Positions 1-10,505 of a stretch of DNA of 64,000 nucleotides are shown here, piece by piece. The DNA lies in NCBI RefSeq assembly GCF_016432865.1, contig NC_067399.1:141732001-141796000 (forward strand), given 5' to 3'. This DNA comes from Antechinus flavipes (Eukaryota). Each line of letters opens with the position of its first letter. The stretch's first letter is position 1. Position numbers and translations under genes: made by a program. Below the pieces are notes generated by a model that searched no databases, had not been told where the DNA came from, and worked only from the letters and a program-made list of their open reading frames with translations.

Positions 1-1119
1 GATCACTGGAGTCTGGGATAGTTGGGGAAAGCTACCTGAAAAGATAGGTTTGGAACTGAGTTTTACAGAATTCAGGTACAAGGAGAAAGGAAGGGGGATT
101 TTGAAGGAGAAAGCTTTAGAAAGAGTAAAGAAGAAATTGATTTTTTTTTTTAGGGAACAAGAATGAACAAATGAAGCATAATTTATTATGTGTCAAATAT
201 AGGAGAAACAAAGGACTGTCTAAAAGAGGGAGATATGACTTCCAGAGGAGTGGTGAGCAGGGAAGGGAGAGGTGGGTAGGGATGTGTTCACAGCAGCAGG
301 CTTTATGGTGAGATGACCTGGATAGGTGACTGGATGAGACATGAAGGTCAAGAATGATGTCTAAAGCCAGCCAGGAAGTGTGGTGGACAGAAGGGCCAGT
401 CTCTATACATCCATTTACCAATCCACTGCTTTGGGCCCTAGGTTTGGAGCTCCCTATGGTCTCAAATGTAGTATGGAGGAGCAGGTCATCAGAGGCAGGC
501 AGAAGGTAAGAGGACCTCAGTGGATAGCCGGATGTGATGGGAGACAAGCATGGGAAGGGGGAAGACAGGATTAGAGGTATCTATAGGGGAAGAGTGGAGG
601 GATAAATTGTAGACAGAGGTTCAGGCTGGGTCTTAAATGTTGGAAACAAGATGTTCCTATCTTCTTACAGAGATCTGAGGACTGGGTGACATCAGTCTTA
701 TAAATGGTGGCAAGTTGCAGCTTGCTGTGACTTCCTCCTGGAAACCTTTCAATCCATCCTGATGCCCCATTCTGTCTTTCCAGACCCATTCAGATCTGCA
801 TTGTTGCCTTCTTTCAATTGCCTGGTCTCTTCTCCTAAGTTCTGTGAGCTCCTGGATGGGAGGAGCCGTCCTACTTATTCTTGATTTCCCAAAGCATAAT
901 CAGGACTAGACACACAGTGGGGATTCCCAGCGACTGAGGATGGATTCCTGGTGATTGCCTTGGTCCCACACCTAGATATCATTTGAATGCTTAACACCCC
1001 CAGAGCCGTAAGAGCTCAGAGTTCTACAGCTGCTGAGTAGGAATCTTTATATACCTGTCCGCGGGTTCTGCAAAGACATTGAACACTCCAGGGATGGGAA
1101 CTTTTTAAAGCCAGACCAG

Positions 1120-1235
1120 TCCACTTTTAGACAGTCTATTTAGCAAATTCTTCCTTAAATTGGGCCAAAATTTGACTTTCTGTAACATCTATCCATTGGT
1201 GCCAGTTCTGCTGTTTGAGGCAAAACAGAAAACAA
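1120..1235 (-). mobile_element. Old CR1/L3 LINE 3' fragment
   Basis: The stretch aaattcttccttaaattgggccaaaatttgactttctgtaacatctatccattggtgccagttctgc resembles the antisense L3/CR1 3' region as I recall it; boundaries approximate. Confidence 0.45.
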
Positions 1236-2419
1236 CAAAAAATCATGGACGTCCGCCCATGAAAGGAGGGGGCAGCTCCAAGGCATTAATTACTGAGGAA
1301 CGAGCAGGCTGTAGTTTTGCTTGGAATCGCTCTCCTGGTGAGGCAAGCCTTAAGTCAGAACTTCATATTCCCTGGGAAGGTCGAAGGCCGTCAGGCAGGC
1401 TCTGAGGTGGCCGCGATGCCCCTTGATTCTTTCCAACCCCAAAATGACAGGCCCAGGAACACTCGAAACCCTGCTGCTCAGTGCTCCCCTAACACGGGGA
1501 GACCTCATAAACCTATCAGGATTCAGCACCGTGTCAGGCCTGGTCCGCTTCTCCCTACTCACTAGGGACACAGTTAATCTTCGAACTGACGGCTAAACTC
1601 TCTCCTCAGCCCCCTCGCCTCCTCCCTTTCTCACTGACTCCCCAGCCTGAGTCAAGGACCCCTTGACAAAACACTGGCTCCTACTTGTGTCCAGCGCTAC
1701 CGAGATGGGTAGGGAAGGAGTGATGTGTCTAGAACCATCAGGGATAGGTGGTCGAGACCGGGCAGAAAGACGGCCCGAAAGGACTGGAGAGCCGCCCGAA
1801 AGTGGCCCGGAGGAGGCCGAGCAGCGGCCAGCTGCAGGAGGCGGCCCCCTACTCGGGTTATCAGTCGCTATCTGATGAGTCTGCCCCCTCCCCCCCAGGC
1901 TAGAAGGGAGCTGAAGCCCTGCCCGGGATGCTCTGTGCTCAGGCACAGAAGGGATCCCTGGCTCCGTTCGGGGCGCATCCCTCCGGGCGAGCAGGACACC
2001 CCGATTCCCCAGGGCATCTTCCCTGCCCTGAAATTTCCCCATCAGGCACCAGTGGTTGGGGAGTGGCCAGGGCTCAGAGCAAGTCTGGAAAACTGGTGCT
2101 GCGGCTGCCCCCGTGTGGCCTCCCTCCAGGGATGCAGCGCTCCGGCGCTAAGGCTGCGCCTGCTGAGGGGTGGGACAGGATTTCCAGCTTGAGCTGGGAG
2201 GCCCAGCACATTTTCCACCCTAGGAAAAAGGCAGCTTTCTCTTTGTTTCAAGATAAAAGCGCTATTATCTTAAGGCGTGAAAAGGAAGTCCTGGAGGGAG
2301 ACAGGGAACACCTTTTCAAATAAACATTTCAAAAAAGAGGACCTGCTGGGGGAGGTGAGAAGCCCACCTTGAGGCTTTGGGGGGAGAAAAAAGGATAAAA
2401 ACAGAGCAAAGTCCATGTA

Positions 2420-2425
2420 TTTATT
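2420..2425 (-). terminator. REEP4: REEP4 polyadenylation signal (AATAAA on minus strand)
   Basis: tttatt at 2420-2425, about 685 nt downstream of the REEP4 stop codon. Confidence 0.65.
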
Positions 2426-3108
2426 TATCAAAACCATTACAAACTTGTCTACACACCAACACACATATACACATATACAAACACATACACACACATACAT
2501 ACGACCCCTGAAGAGGCCTGTCAAGTAACATTGGGGAAGGGGATGGAATGATCAAAGCTCCGTCTGGAATGGAGGGGAGAGGTGAAAGGGAATCACGGCT
2601 CCCCCTGCCTCCTGACCACTAAGGGTCGGGGGAGGGGAGGGGAGGGGGAGGGAGAAAGGCAATGCCAGAAAAAAGATGGGCAATAAATAACCCTCAGGTC
2701 AAGGCACGAAGGAGGGATTGCTTTGGCATATTGAAAACACACGACCTGGGCAATGCCAATGGGTGACCCCTTTGGAACACTGACCCCAGAGCCAGGAGGA
2801 GGTGCTGGTTAGGGCTGGCCCGGGGTTTCATGGAGGCCAGGCTGGCAGGTGAGGGGAGGAGGATCCCCTCGGGCCCACCAAGAGCACTTTGATGGGGAGA
2901 GGATGTTAAGTCAAGGAGAGGGCATTGGGGCAAAGAGAGATCATGTGGATATTGATGAAAACCATCCCCAAAGGGGGCATTTCTGCCTTTTCCAGTGTCC
3001 ACGGACCTAACTCCCTCTCCTCCAACCTCCCCTTCTGTATCCAGAGTGGGGTGTTAGAGGGGAGGGACAAGGCGGCTGAAGGTAGAGCGGAATGGGAGAT
3101 GCTGGGCA

Positions 3109-3174
3109 CTAGCTGTCCAGGTCTGATGGGGCCGCCTTCTTCCTTGTCCGAGATTTCAGGGAGCGGGAAGTGCC
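3109..3174 (-). CDS. REEP4: REEP4 exon 8 (last coding): [21 protein letters not shown]
   Basis: Acceptor AG at 3175-3176, TAG stop at 3109-3111. Matches the human REEP4 C-terminus. Exon sum 32+73+77+121+114+136+155+66=774 nt = 257 aa + stop. Confidence 0.97.
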   Translation of the reverse strand, partial: GTSRSLKSRTRKKAAPSDLDS

Positions 3175-3258
3175 CTGTAGGGGAGGAGAGATGGGTGAGA
3201 AATGCGTCCCGGGTCCTCTGACAGCCCAGCTGTGCGGCTCTCCCCTCTCTCCCCTCAC

Positions 3259-3413
3259 CTCTCTCACCAGTGGCTTCCTCTTGCCAATCCGGAGGCTCTG
3301 GCTCCTCACCAAGGGCTTCTCCCTTGGCCGGGGAAGGGTGTGGGCCTTTGTCTGGGAATCGGACCAACACTCATCTTCAGTGTCACTGTCCTGCAGGCCC
3401 CCGGGACGGTACC
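3259..3413 (-). CDS. REEP4: REEP4 exon 7: (R)[18 protein letters not shown]...KRKPLVRE
   Basis: 155 nt, AG/GT boundaries, REEP4 motif [15 protein letters not shown] and RSQSLR. Confidence 0.96.
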
Positions 3414-3950
3414 CTGGCAGAATCAGAGAGAGAAGGAACATAGAGGCTTCCCATAGGCAGCTATATTTTCTGCTTTCTCAAGATTTCCCCAACTGACTGA
3501 GAATGCAAGTTACTGATTCTGAGCTAAGAGCCATTTCAGGATATCTCCAAACCTGGGATAGGTCCCTGATATCATTCCCTTCAGCCCCATCACTTCCCCC
3601 TAGGCCTAGCAAGACCTGTTCTCAAGGCTGGCCAGCAAAGCAGGCTCACAATAACCCTAAACAGCTGACATTGCTATGTACTTTAAAGTTTACAGAGCAT
3701 TTTACATCTGTTACCTCACTCAAGCCTCCAAATAAATCCGGAGAGAACCACAATAAAATAGTATTATTCACATTTTACAGATAAGGAAATGGAGGACTGG
3801 AGAGATTAAGTGACTAGTCTGTGGCCACACAACAGCAGGATCAGGATTCAGTAATCCTCTCCACTTACAGTGCCTTGTCACTGGCCCAGTTCTGGGAGCC
3901 CCCTCCCTGAGCACAGCTCATCTTCTCCCCCGTTCCCTGCCCCCACATAC

Positions 3951-4086
3951 TGATGGGTGGTCTCCGGTGCAAATCCTGGTCCTCCAGGTAGAGGGGATCC
4001 TGATACGATGGAGCAGGATTGTCAGGGATGGAGCGCAGGTCCTGCATAGAGAAGCTCCGAAGCCTGCCAGCGAGGGCACCCTGACT
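3951..4086 (-). CDS. REEP4: REEP4 exon 6: [20 protein letters not shown]...RRPPI
   Basis: 136 nt, AG/GTATGT boundaries, RSFSMQDL motif of REEP1-4. Confidence 0.97.
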
Positions 4087-4596
4087 CTGCGGGGAAAGGA
4101 GATGGTCACTGGGCATTCCGGCCATGGAGAGGGCCCAGGAGGAGCATGGCAGGGCTCCGGAGTGGCTCCACAGCTGGTGAGGAGGAGTACCCAGACTGGG
4201 AGGCACGAGCTGCCCTGCTGCCTCGGGGCTCAGGGCCCAGCCTGGGGGGCTCATGGATGTGGGGGCTGAAAGCTGCCTTGGAGAGTTTAAGACATATTTA
4301 CTTGCCCAAACTCAGGAAGCTAATTATCGGCAGAAACAAGGTAAGAACCAGGATCTTGGGGCCCTGAGAATTTCCCAATTTAGAGCTGTAAAAGACGTGA
4401 TCATCCAGTCCAAAGTCCTCATGTTACAGAGAGGAAAAGGAATTCCAGTGACTTAATGGATGCGTAAGGGTAAGGACCGGACTCAAGTAGTGACTGGGTT
4501 CCAGCTCGCCCCAGTGTCTCCCGAGAAGCCTATCACTGCATGTCGGGACGGTGGGCAGCACCCCCCAGACCCGGCGCCGGAGGACCAGGCTGGCAC

Positions 4597-4710
4597 CTTA
4601 GCAGCCGCCTGCACGGCGGCAGTGGCGGCGATGTTCAGACCGCGCTTCCCGAAGCTCAGCACCGTCTCATAGCTGCGCTCCTTCGCCTGCACGATGTATG
4701 AGTCGATCTC
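4597..4710 (-). CDS. REEP4: REEP4 exon 5: [38 protein letters not shown]
   Basis: 114 nt, AG/GT boundaries, near-identical to human. Confidence 0.97.
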
Positions 4711-5262
4711 CTGGGGACGAGGGAAGTTGTGAGGGAAGTTGTGAGAGCCCCACCACCCTTCTCTCCACAAGCATATAGTCAAGAGGCCGTGTTCCAGACA
4801 CTGGTGACACTGAGCGAGAACTGAGAGGTTTTCTCTTTCGGGAGCAATTTCTACTTAAAAACAAACAACATGTCTGTATCTTTAGGAGAGAGGGGGCTGT
4901 ACCTCCCTCCTGCCTCAGGACCATCTCCAGTGTAGGAAGCCAGATACAAGCCTGCCCCAAGGAGCCCCGGTCCCGGGCTCCCCATGAAGGTCCTACCCTG
5001 CCCCACTCCCAGCCAGAGCCACGTGTCACACATGTTAACGTTTTCCAGCAGGTTCTAGTGGGCACCCTGCTATATTCATTGGATCCTCACTTGTGAAGCA
5101 GGAGGACAGGGACAGTGATTCCCATTTTGTGGATGAGTAAGTGGAGGCACAGATATGGCCAGTGCCTCATGCAACGTCAAACATCAATTAGCGGCCGAGC
5201 TGAGGACTCCTCAATCTCAGTTCGAGGCCTTCCCTCTCCCCCTCAGTCTCTCTCCTGCCTAC

Positions 5263-5383
5263 CTTCTCCCGGTAGGAAAGCGCTGGATGGACAAACTTCC
5301 TATAAAGCAGGCTGGCACCCTTGGTGTAAGGGGAGAGGAGCCACACCACAAATGCCATCTTGATCTCATAATAGAAAGGAAAC
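5263..5383 (-). CDS. REEP4: REEP4 exon 4: [40 protein letters not shown]
   Basis: 121 nt, AG/GTAGGC boundaries, TB2/DP1/HVA22 domain. Confidence 0.97.
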
Positions 5384-5476
5384 CTGTAAGATAAGAGTCA
5401 AAGGCAGGAAGTAATCAGGAGGGGGAGGAAGCCAGCACTGCCCAGTCCCACCCCCAGCCACCCACCATCCCCATAC

Positions 5477-5553
5477 CAGGAAATGAAGATGTCCGAGAAG
5501 GTCTCTATTGTCATAAAGAAGGCGAAGACAATCCAGTACATCATCCATCGGAC
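5477..5553 (-). CDS. REEP4: REEP4 exon 3: [26 protein letters not shown]
   Basis: 77 nt, AG/GTATGG boundaries, WMMYWIVFA motif. Confidence 0.97.
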
Positions 5554-6155
5554 CTGACGGATGGAGGATGCCCAGGGTCAGCTGCCCGGCCTCCCCTAAC
5601 CCCTCCCCACTAGCCCCAGTCTGGCGGAGACGTTCCCTGAGAAGCTGGTCCTGCTGCATTCCGCCTCCAGAGACTCATCCCCACCAGAAGCTGGGCAGTT
5701 TCCTCCACTCCCTCTCCAGACACCATCCCTGACATCCTTCCTCTAGAGGACCCTGTCCGTTGTCTAACACCTTCGACACCGTCGCTTACCACCCACTTGT
5801 GATTTACACGACATTTGTGGCTAAAAGGTGCTATGAATTCTCCCATATGTCATAGGAAACACCACAATTATTTTCCTCATTTTGCAAACTGAGGGTAGTT
5901 GACAAATTTGCTTTTACAAATAGTTCACTGAGGTGTGGCCTGATGAAGCAATTCGCTCACAGCCAACTAGCAAGGGGTGAATGGAGTCAGGGCTTGTCTC
6001 TGGGTTGGGTGCTTTTGCCACTGCGGCCTGTGGCCGGCTTCCCCGAGGCTCACGCTCCCATCCATATGCCCACTGCCCCCTACCAGGCTGCTGCTCCGCT
6101 CTAGCTGTGCCATCTGCCTGGCAGCCTGCCCCCATCACACCAGGCCCGCACTCAC

Positions 6156-6228
6156 ATATTCCCGGATATTCTTAGTCTTCACAGCTTTATAGGAGGCGTA
6201 GGCAGGGTACAGCATTCCAAACACCAGC
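6156..6228 (-). CDS. REEP4: REEP4 exon 2: [24 protein letters not shown]
   Basis: 73 nt, AG/GTGAGT boundaries, YPAYxSYKAVK motif. Confidence 0.97.
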
Positions 6229-6299
6229 CTGGGTGAGGAGAGCAGGAAGTCCAAGGGAAACGCTCACAAAGGGCCCTACAACCTCGTTTCTTTAAACGT

Positions 6300-7560
6300 G
6301 GCTTTTCTGTTTTTCACTCAGGAAGGAACTGAGGATCCGAGAAGGGGGTGTGTGCGAGGAGACCCCGTGGGAGGGCTCCGTTGGAGGTGACATGCCTCCC
6401 AATCTGGGCTCCTGCCACCACCGGGGCCCTAAGCTCAGACCCCTGCTCCCGGTCCCGCCTCCCGCGGCTTGCCATCCATTTGTTTCTGACTGGGCCCATC
6501 CAGGGTTCCCGATCCCTGAGTCAGAGCCCTGCAGGCCCCCTCCCCATCCCATGGCGAGCAAACATCCCCGAGCCTGCCCGGGCCCGCAGCCGCCTCCCAC
6601 AGGGGGAGGGCACAAGGCACTGTGCCATGCTCGCAGGGAGGGGAGCAGAGCCACAAAGCCCCGCGGAGGGCCCAACCCTCGGCCCCCTCCCCCGGCCCCC
6701 CGGGGCACGCAGGTGGGCTCCGAGCGCCTGGGGAGAGGCGGGGGGACCTTGCTGGAGGGGGACCCTGAGGAGGCTGGGTGCGTTACCTAGAGACCCGGGG
6801 GTGAGTCACGTGCTTACTCAGGCAGGAAGCAGGCACCTGGATTCTTGGGCCATGATGGGCCGTCGCCTCCCTGCCCACCCTCGGCGAGGGGATGTCCCCT
6901 GCTCCCCCAGCCCCTCCCCTACAAGCAGATCTACTCCCTTTGGGGGGGACGGGATGGGTGCCCGGCGGGAAGCAGCTCCGATGGCTGTGGGGCAGGTGGG
7001 GGCGGGGGCTTCTCCATCCTCCCGTCCCGATACTCACACCACCAATCGGGAGATCACCCAGGACACCATCCTGCCAGCCGGGGGGGGTGGGAGGTGCGGG
7101 GTCCAGGGGAAGCCGAGGAAGTTTCCAGAGGGTTTGGGGTGGGGAAGGGGCGCTCCGGGTGGAACACGCCCGGCCGCTGCCCCCGCCGCCTGGGAAGCGA
7201 GGGGCCGGCAGAGCCGGGAGAGAGGGGGGCGCAGAGGCGGGACGCTCGGCCGCTCCGGTCGCCGCACCGCTCCGCAGATGCCCGAGCCCGGCCGCCGCCG
7301 CTGCCGCCCCGTCGGGCCCCGAGGCGGAGTTTGCAACCGACTTGAAAGTTGCACTGACCTAACTTCTGTCCAATCCCCGAGGCCCGAGCCGGCGCAGGCG
7401 CAGTGCGGGCCCGGAAGGCCGAGACCGAGCGGAGGCGAGTCAACGAATCCTTAAAGGGGCCGTGCGTGTTCCGCCCCGGCGGGCGCTGTGGGGAGCCGGG
7501 CTCCCAGAGTGGCGCTAAGGAGAGCGCGGCCCAAAACTCTGCGAGAGGCTTGGCGAGCTA
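6300..7560 (-). promoter_or_regulatory. REEP4: REEP4 CpG-island promoter (TATA-less housekeeping type)
   Basis: Very GC/CpG-rich around exon 1. NRF1-like GCGCAGGCGCA at 7392-7402, ETS core CCGGAAG at 7411-7417, CCAAT near 7370. Confidence 0.75.
7038..7069 (-). CDS. REEP4: REEP4 exon 1 coding part: MVSWVISRLVV
   Basis: ATG at 7069-7067, 32 nt to a GTGAGT donor, typical REEP1-4 N-terminus. Confidence 0.96.
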
Positions 7561-8827
7561 CTGTCCAGAGCTGTGAGGACACAGAAAGTCTTCAGATCCC
7601 ACCTGCCTCTCTCTTCCTAGGAGGAAACGGAGGCCCAGACAATGAAGTGTCTGGATTCGAACCCGTGTCCCCCAAACCCAACTACCCAGACGTTCCTCCT
7701 TCCTGTGCCACAAGGAAATGTATTCCTTCTGTTTACGCTTAATTTTTTTATTGTTTTATCTAATTTAATTAATTTTACATTATTTCAAAAATAATGATCG
7801 TCAATCATTTATTATATAATAAATTTATTATTATTAATGTTCTTTTAAATTCTTACGTTTCAAATTCTTTTCCATCCTTCCCCACCCACTGAGAAGGCGC
7901 GCAAAATTATATCAGGTATCCTTGTGAAATCATGCAAACTATGTCGGGAACAGCCACTCACGGGGAAAAGTAAAACACAAACACATAAATCTTGTATTTA
8001 GCAAATGGTGAATGAGATGCTTTGAAGTTACTCTCTTCCCACCCTCCCCCTCCCAATATACACACACTTATTTCAGATCCTGCCTTTGTCTTTCTACCTT
8101 CTGAGTCCCTAGGGGATAGAAGGAGAAGGAGCCCCTCAGATCCCGAGAAATCTCAAGTAAGCGCCGTGTCGGGAGGCCGGCGTCCGGGGAGACTGGCAGA
8201 GGAGAAGAGCTGCTGAAAGGCCTCGAACAATAACCAGGGGTTCTGTCTGGCCCTGGAGGCGATAAGGAGGGACGGAGTAGGGAGAGACGGTCCCACCTGG
8301 GCAAGGGGAAGTTGCTTTGGCAGCTGATGGAGGAAGGACTGGATGGGGAGAGACTTAAGGCAGACAGACCCAAGTGCGGGCTGTGCGATGCCCAGAGAGC
8401 CGCACCGCAGTGCAGCAGGGTCCAAATGTAAACCTGACGGCAGGCGGGCTCGCTGTTTTTCAGTCGTGACTCCTTGTGGGGTTTTCGTGGCAAAGCTACT
8501 GCAGGGGCTGGCTATTTCCTTCTCCCTCCCGTTTTACAGATGAGAAACTGAAGTCTGAGGCTGGACTTGAATTCAAAGCTTCCTGACTTCAGCCCGGCTC
8601 TCTTTCCGCTCCTGCCGCTCCCGCTAACTGCTCCTCTCCCTCCACCGTTTGCAGCCTTGAACACTTACTAGCTCTGTGACCCTTTTTGCTTCAGTTTTCT
8701 AATCATAAAATAAGATAGAAAAAGAAATGGCAAAGTACTCCAGTTTGGGTTTTCTAAGAAAATCATTCCAAGTGGGTTCATAAAAAGTTGGCCATAACTG
8801 AACTCTAACTACAATTTGATTGTAAGT

Positions 8828-9571
8828 NNNNNNNNNNNNNNNNNNNNNNNNNNNNNNNNNNNNNNNNNNNNNNNNNNNNNNNNNNNNNNNNNNNNNNNNN
8901 NNNNNNNNNNNNNNNNNNNNNNNNNNNNNNNNNNNNNNNNNNNNNNNNNNNNNNNNNCTCCCTCCTTTCCCTCCTTACTTCCTCCATCCCTCTCTCGATT
9001 CTTTCTTTTTCTTTCTTTCCTTCCTTCTTTTCATCCCTTCCTCCCTCCTTTCTTTCCTTAATTCCTCNNNNNNNNNNNNNNNNNNNNNNNNNNNNNNNNN
9101 NNNNNNNNNNNNNNNNNNNNNNNNNNNNNNNNNNNNNNNNNNNNNNNNNNNNNNNNNNNNNNNNNNNNNNNNNNNNNNNNNNNNNNNNNNNNNNNNNNNN
9201 NNNNNNNNNNNNNCCTTTCTTTCCTTAATTCCTCNNNNNNNNNNNNNNNNNNNNNNNNNNNNNNNNNNNNNNNNNNNNNNNNNNNNNNNNNNNNNNNNNN
9301 NNNNNNNNNNNNNNNNNNNNNNNNNNNNNNNNNNNNNNNNNNNNNNNNNNNNNNNNNNNNNNNNNNNNNNNNNNNNNNNNNNNNNNNNNNNNNNNNNNNN
9401 NNNNNNNNNNNNNNNNNNNNNNNNNNNNNNNNNNNNNNNNNNNNNNNNNNNNNNNNNNNNNNNNNNNNNNNNNNNNNNNNNNNNNNNNNNNNNNNNNNNN
9501 NNNNNNNNNNNNNNNNNNNNNNNNNNNNNNNNNNNNNNNNNNNNNNNNNNNNNNNNNNNNNNNNNNNNNNN
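8828..9571. other. Three N-runs (8828-8957, 9068-9213, 9235-9571) within a CT-rich simple/tandem repeat
   Basis: N runs flanked by (CCTT)/(CTTT)-like sequence. ORF-track entries here are artefacts. Confidence 0.9.
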
Positions 9572-9619
9572 AGAACAGTAGCTGACACATAATAATATCT
9601 TAATAAATGCTTGTTTATG

Positions 9620-9790
9620 ACTTATATGGAAATATGTTTAACATGTTTGTACATGTATAGCCTATATCAGATTGCTTACTGTCTTGGGGAGGGGGAGGGA
9701 AAGAAGGAAGGAAGATAAAATGTAGAACACACAAACTCTTACAAAAATGAATGTTGAAAACTACCTTTACACATAATTGGAAAAAATACT
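9620..9790 (+). mobile_element. Marsupial L1 3'-end fragment
   Basis: ggaaatatgtttaacatg...tatatcagattgcttactgtcttgggg...gttgaaaactacc motif, shared with the copies at 15775-16120 and 23985-24165. Confidence 0.55.
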
Positions 9791-10304
9791 ATTATGTGGG
9801 AGGGGGGAAGTTTGACTTTGAAGCCTGGTATAAATTCTCTCTTGTTGCCTCCCTCTGAAAATTTGAGAAAATAGCTAACTCCCTCTTCTCCCACAAAAGA
9901 ATGAGGTAGGGTTGAGTGACATCATGTCTACATAGGGCTCCCGAGAGAAAGGGAGGGGTGATTATTATTTATTAAAAATAATACTTAACTCCCACCTACC
10001 TCCCCTGAGGGATGGAAGAGTTAATGTGAAGCAGAGTGAAAGACTTCTGGGAAAAGGTAAGCTTCTTAGGACAGAAGGAGATAAATATATACTGTCCATC
10101 ATTAGGCCATTATTAATTATTATCATCAATTTTATAGGTTACCACTGGGTGTGAGAACTGATCGTGAAACCTACCAGAGAAATCTTCTTTTAGGACTTCT
10201 CCTCCCTTACCCAGTTGGGCCAGTGTTCACACACAAGAAGAGAAACTGATCATTGCCCAGGACCAGATTATTCCTAACCAAAAACTTTGAGTTTAGTGTA
10301 GGAT

Positions 10305-10505
10305 TTCTTAACCTTTGGACCACATTGAGGGGCCTATGGATAGATTCCTGAGGGTCCATAAACTTGAAAAGGAAAATAAGAGTTTATTTTATTTTCTAAA
10401 TCTTTGGTTTCTTTTTGTAATCCTATACATTTTATTTTATACATTTAAGAACATTATTCTGAGGAAAACAGTCTAAGGAGGAAAAAAAATAACAAATTCC
10501 TACTC
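10305..10505 (+). mobile_element. hAT/Charlie-type non-autonomous DNA element (related fragments at ~26015-26125, 29150-29385, 35815-36000; a further hAT-like MITE at ~12545-12750)
   Basis: ttcttaacct...ggatagatt...gtccataaactt...ttgtaatcctatacattttattttatacatttaagaacattattctgag resembles the recalled Charlie4z-like consensus, and the AT-rich core recurs in the window. Confidence 0.5.

Noticed and set aside
1522-1530. REST/RE1 left half-site TTCAGCACC (also a right half GGACAGCGC at 32349-32357 in the LGI3 promoter)
   Set aside because: The partner half-site does not match in either case, and isolated half-sites occur often by chance.
1-2400. HR exon 1 / HRURF (U2HR) upstream ORF expected from synteny
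   Set aside because: I found no minus-strand match to [26 protein letters not shown], so HR probably lies left of the window.
6348-7454. 368-aa plus-strand ORF and other long ORFs over the REEP4 CpG island
   Set aside because: Pro/Gly/Arg-rich products typical of stop-poor GC-rich DNA, with no domain similarity. The same applies to ORFs at 31639-32382 and 44373-45716.
8805-9590. ORFs spanning N-runs
   Set aside because: Artefacts of unknown bases (also at 41234-41488 and 44332-44957).
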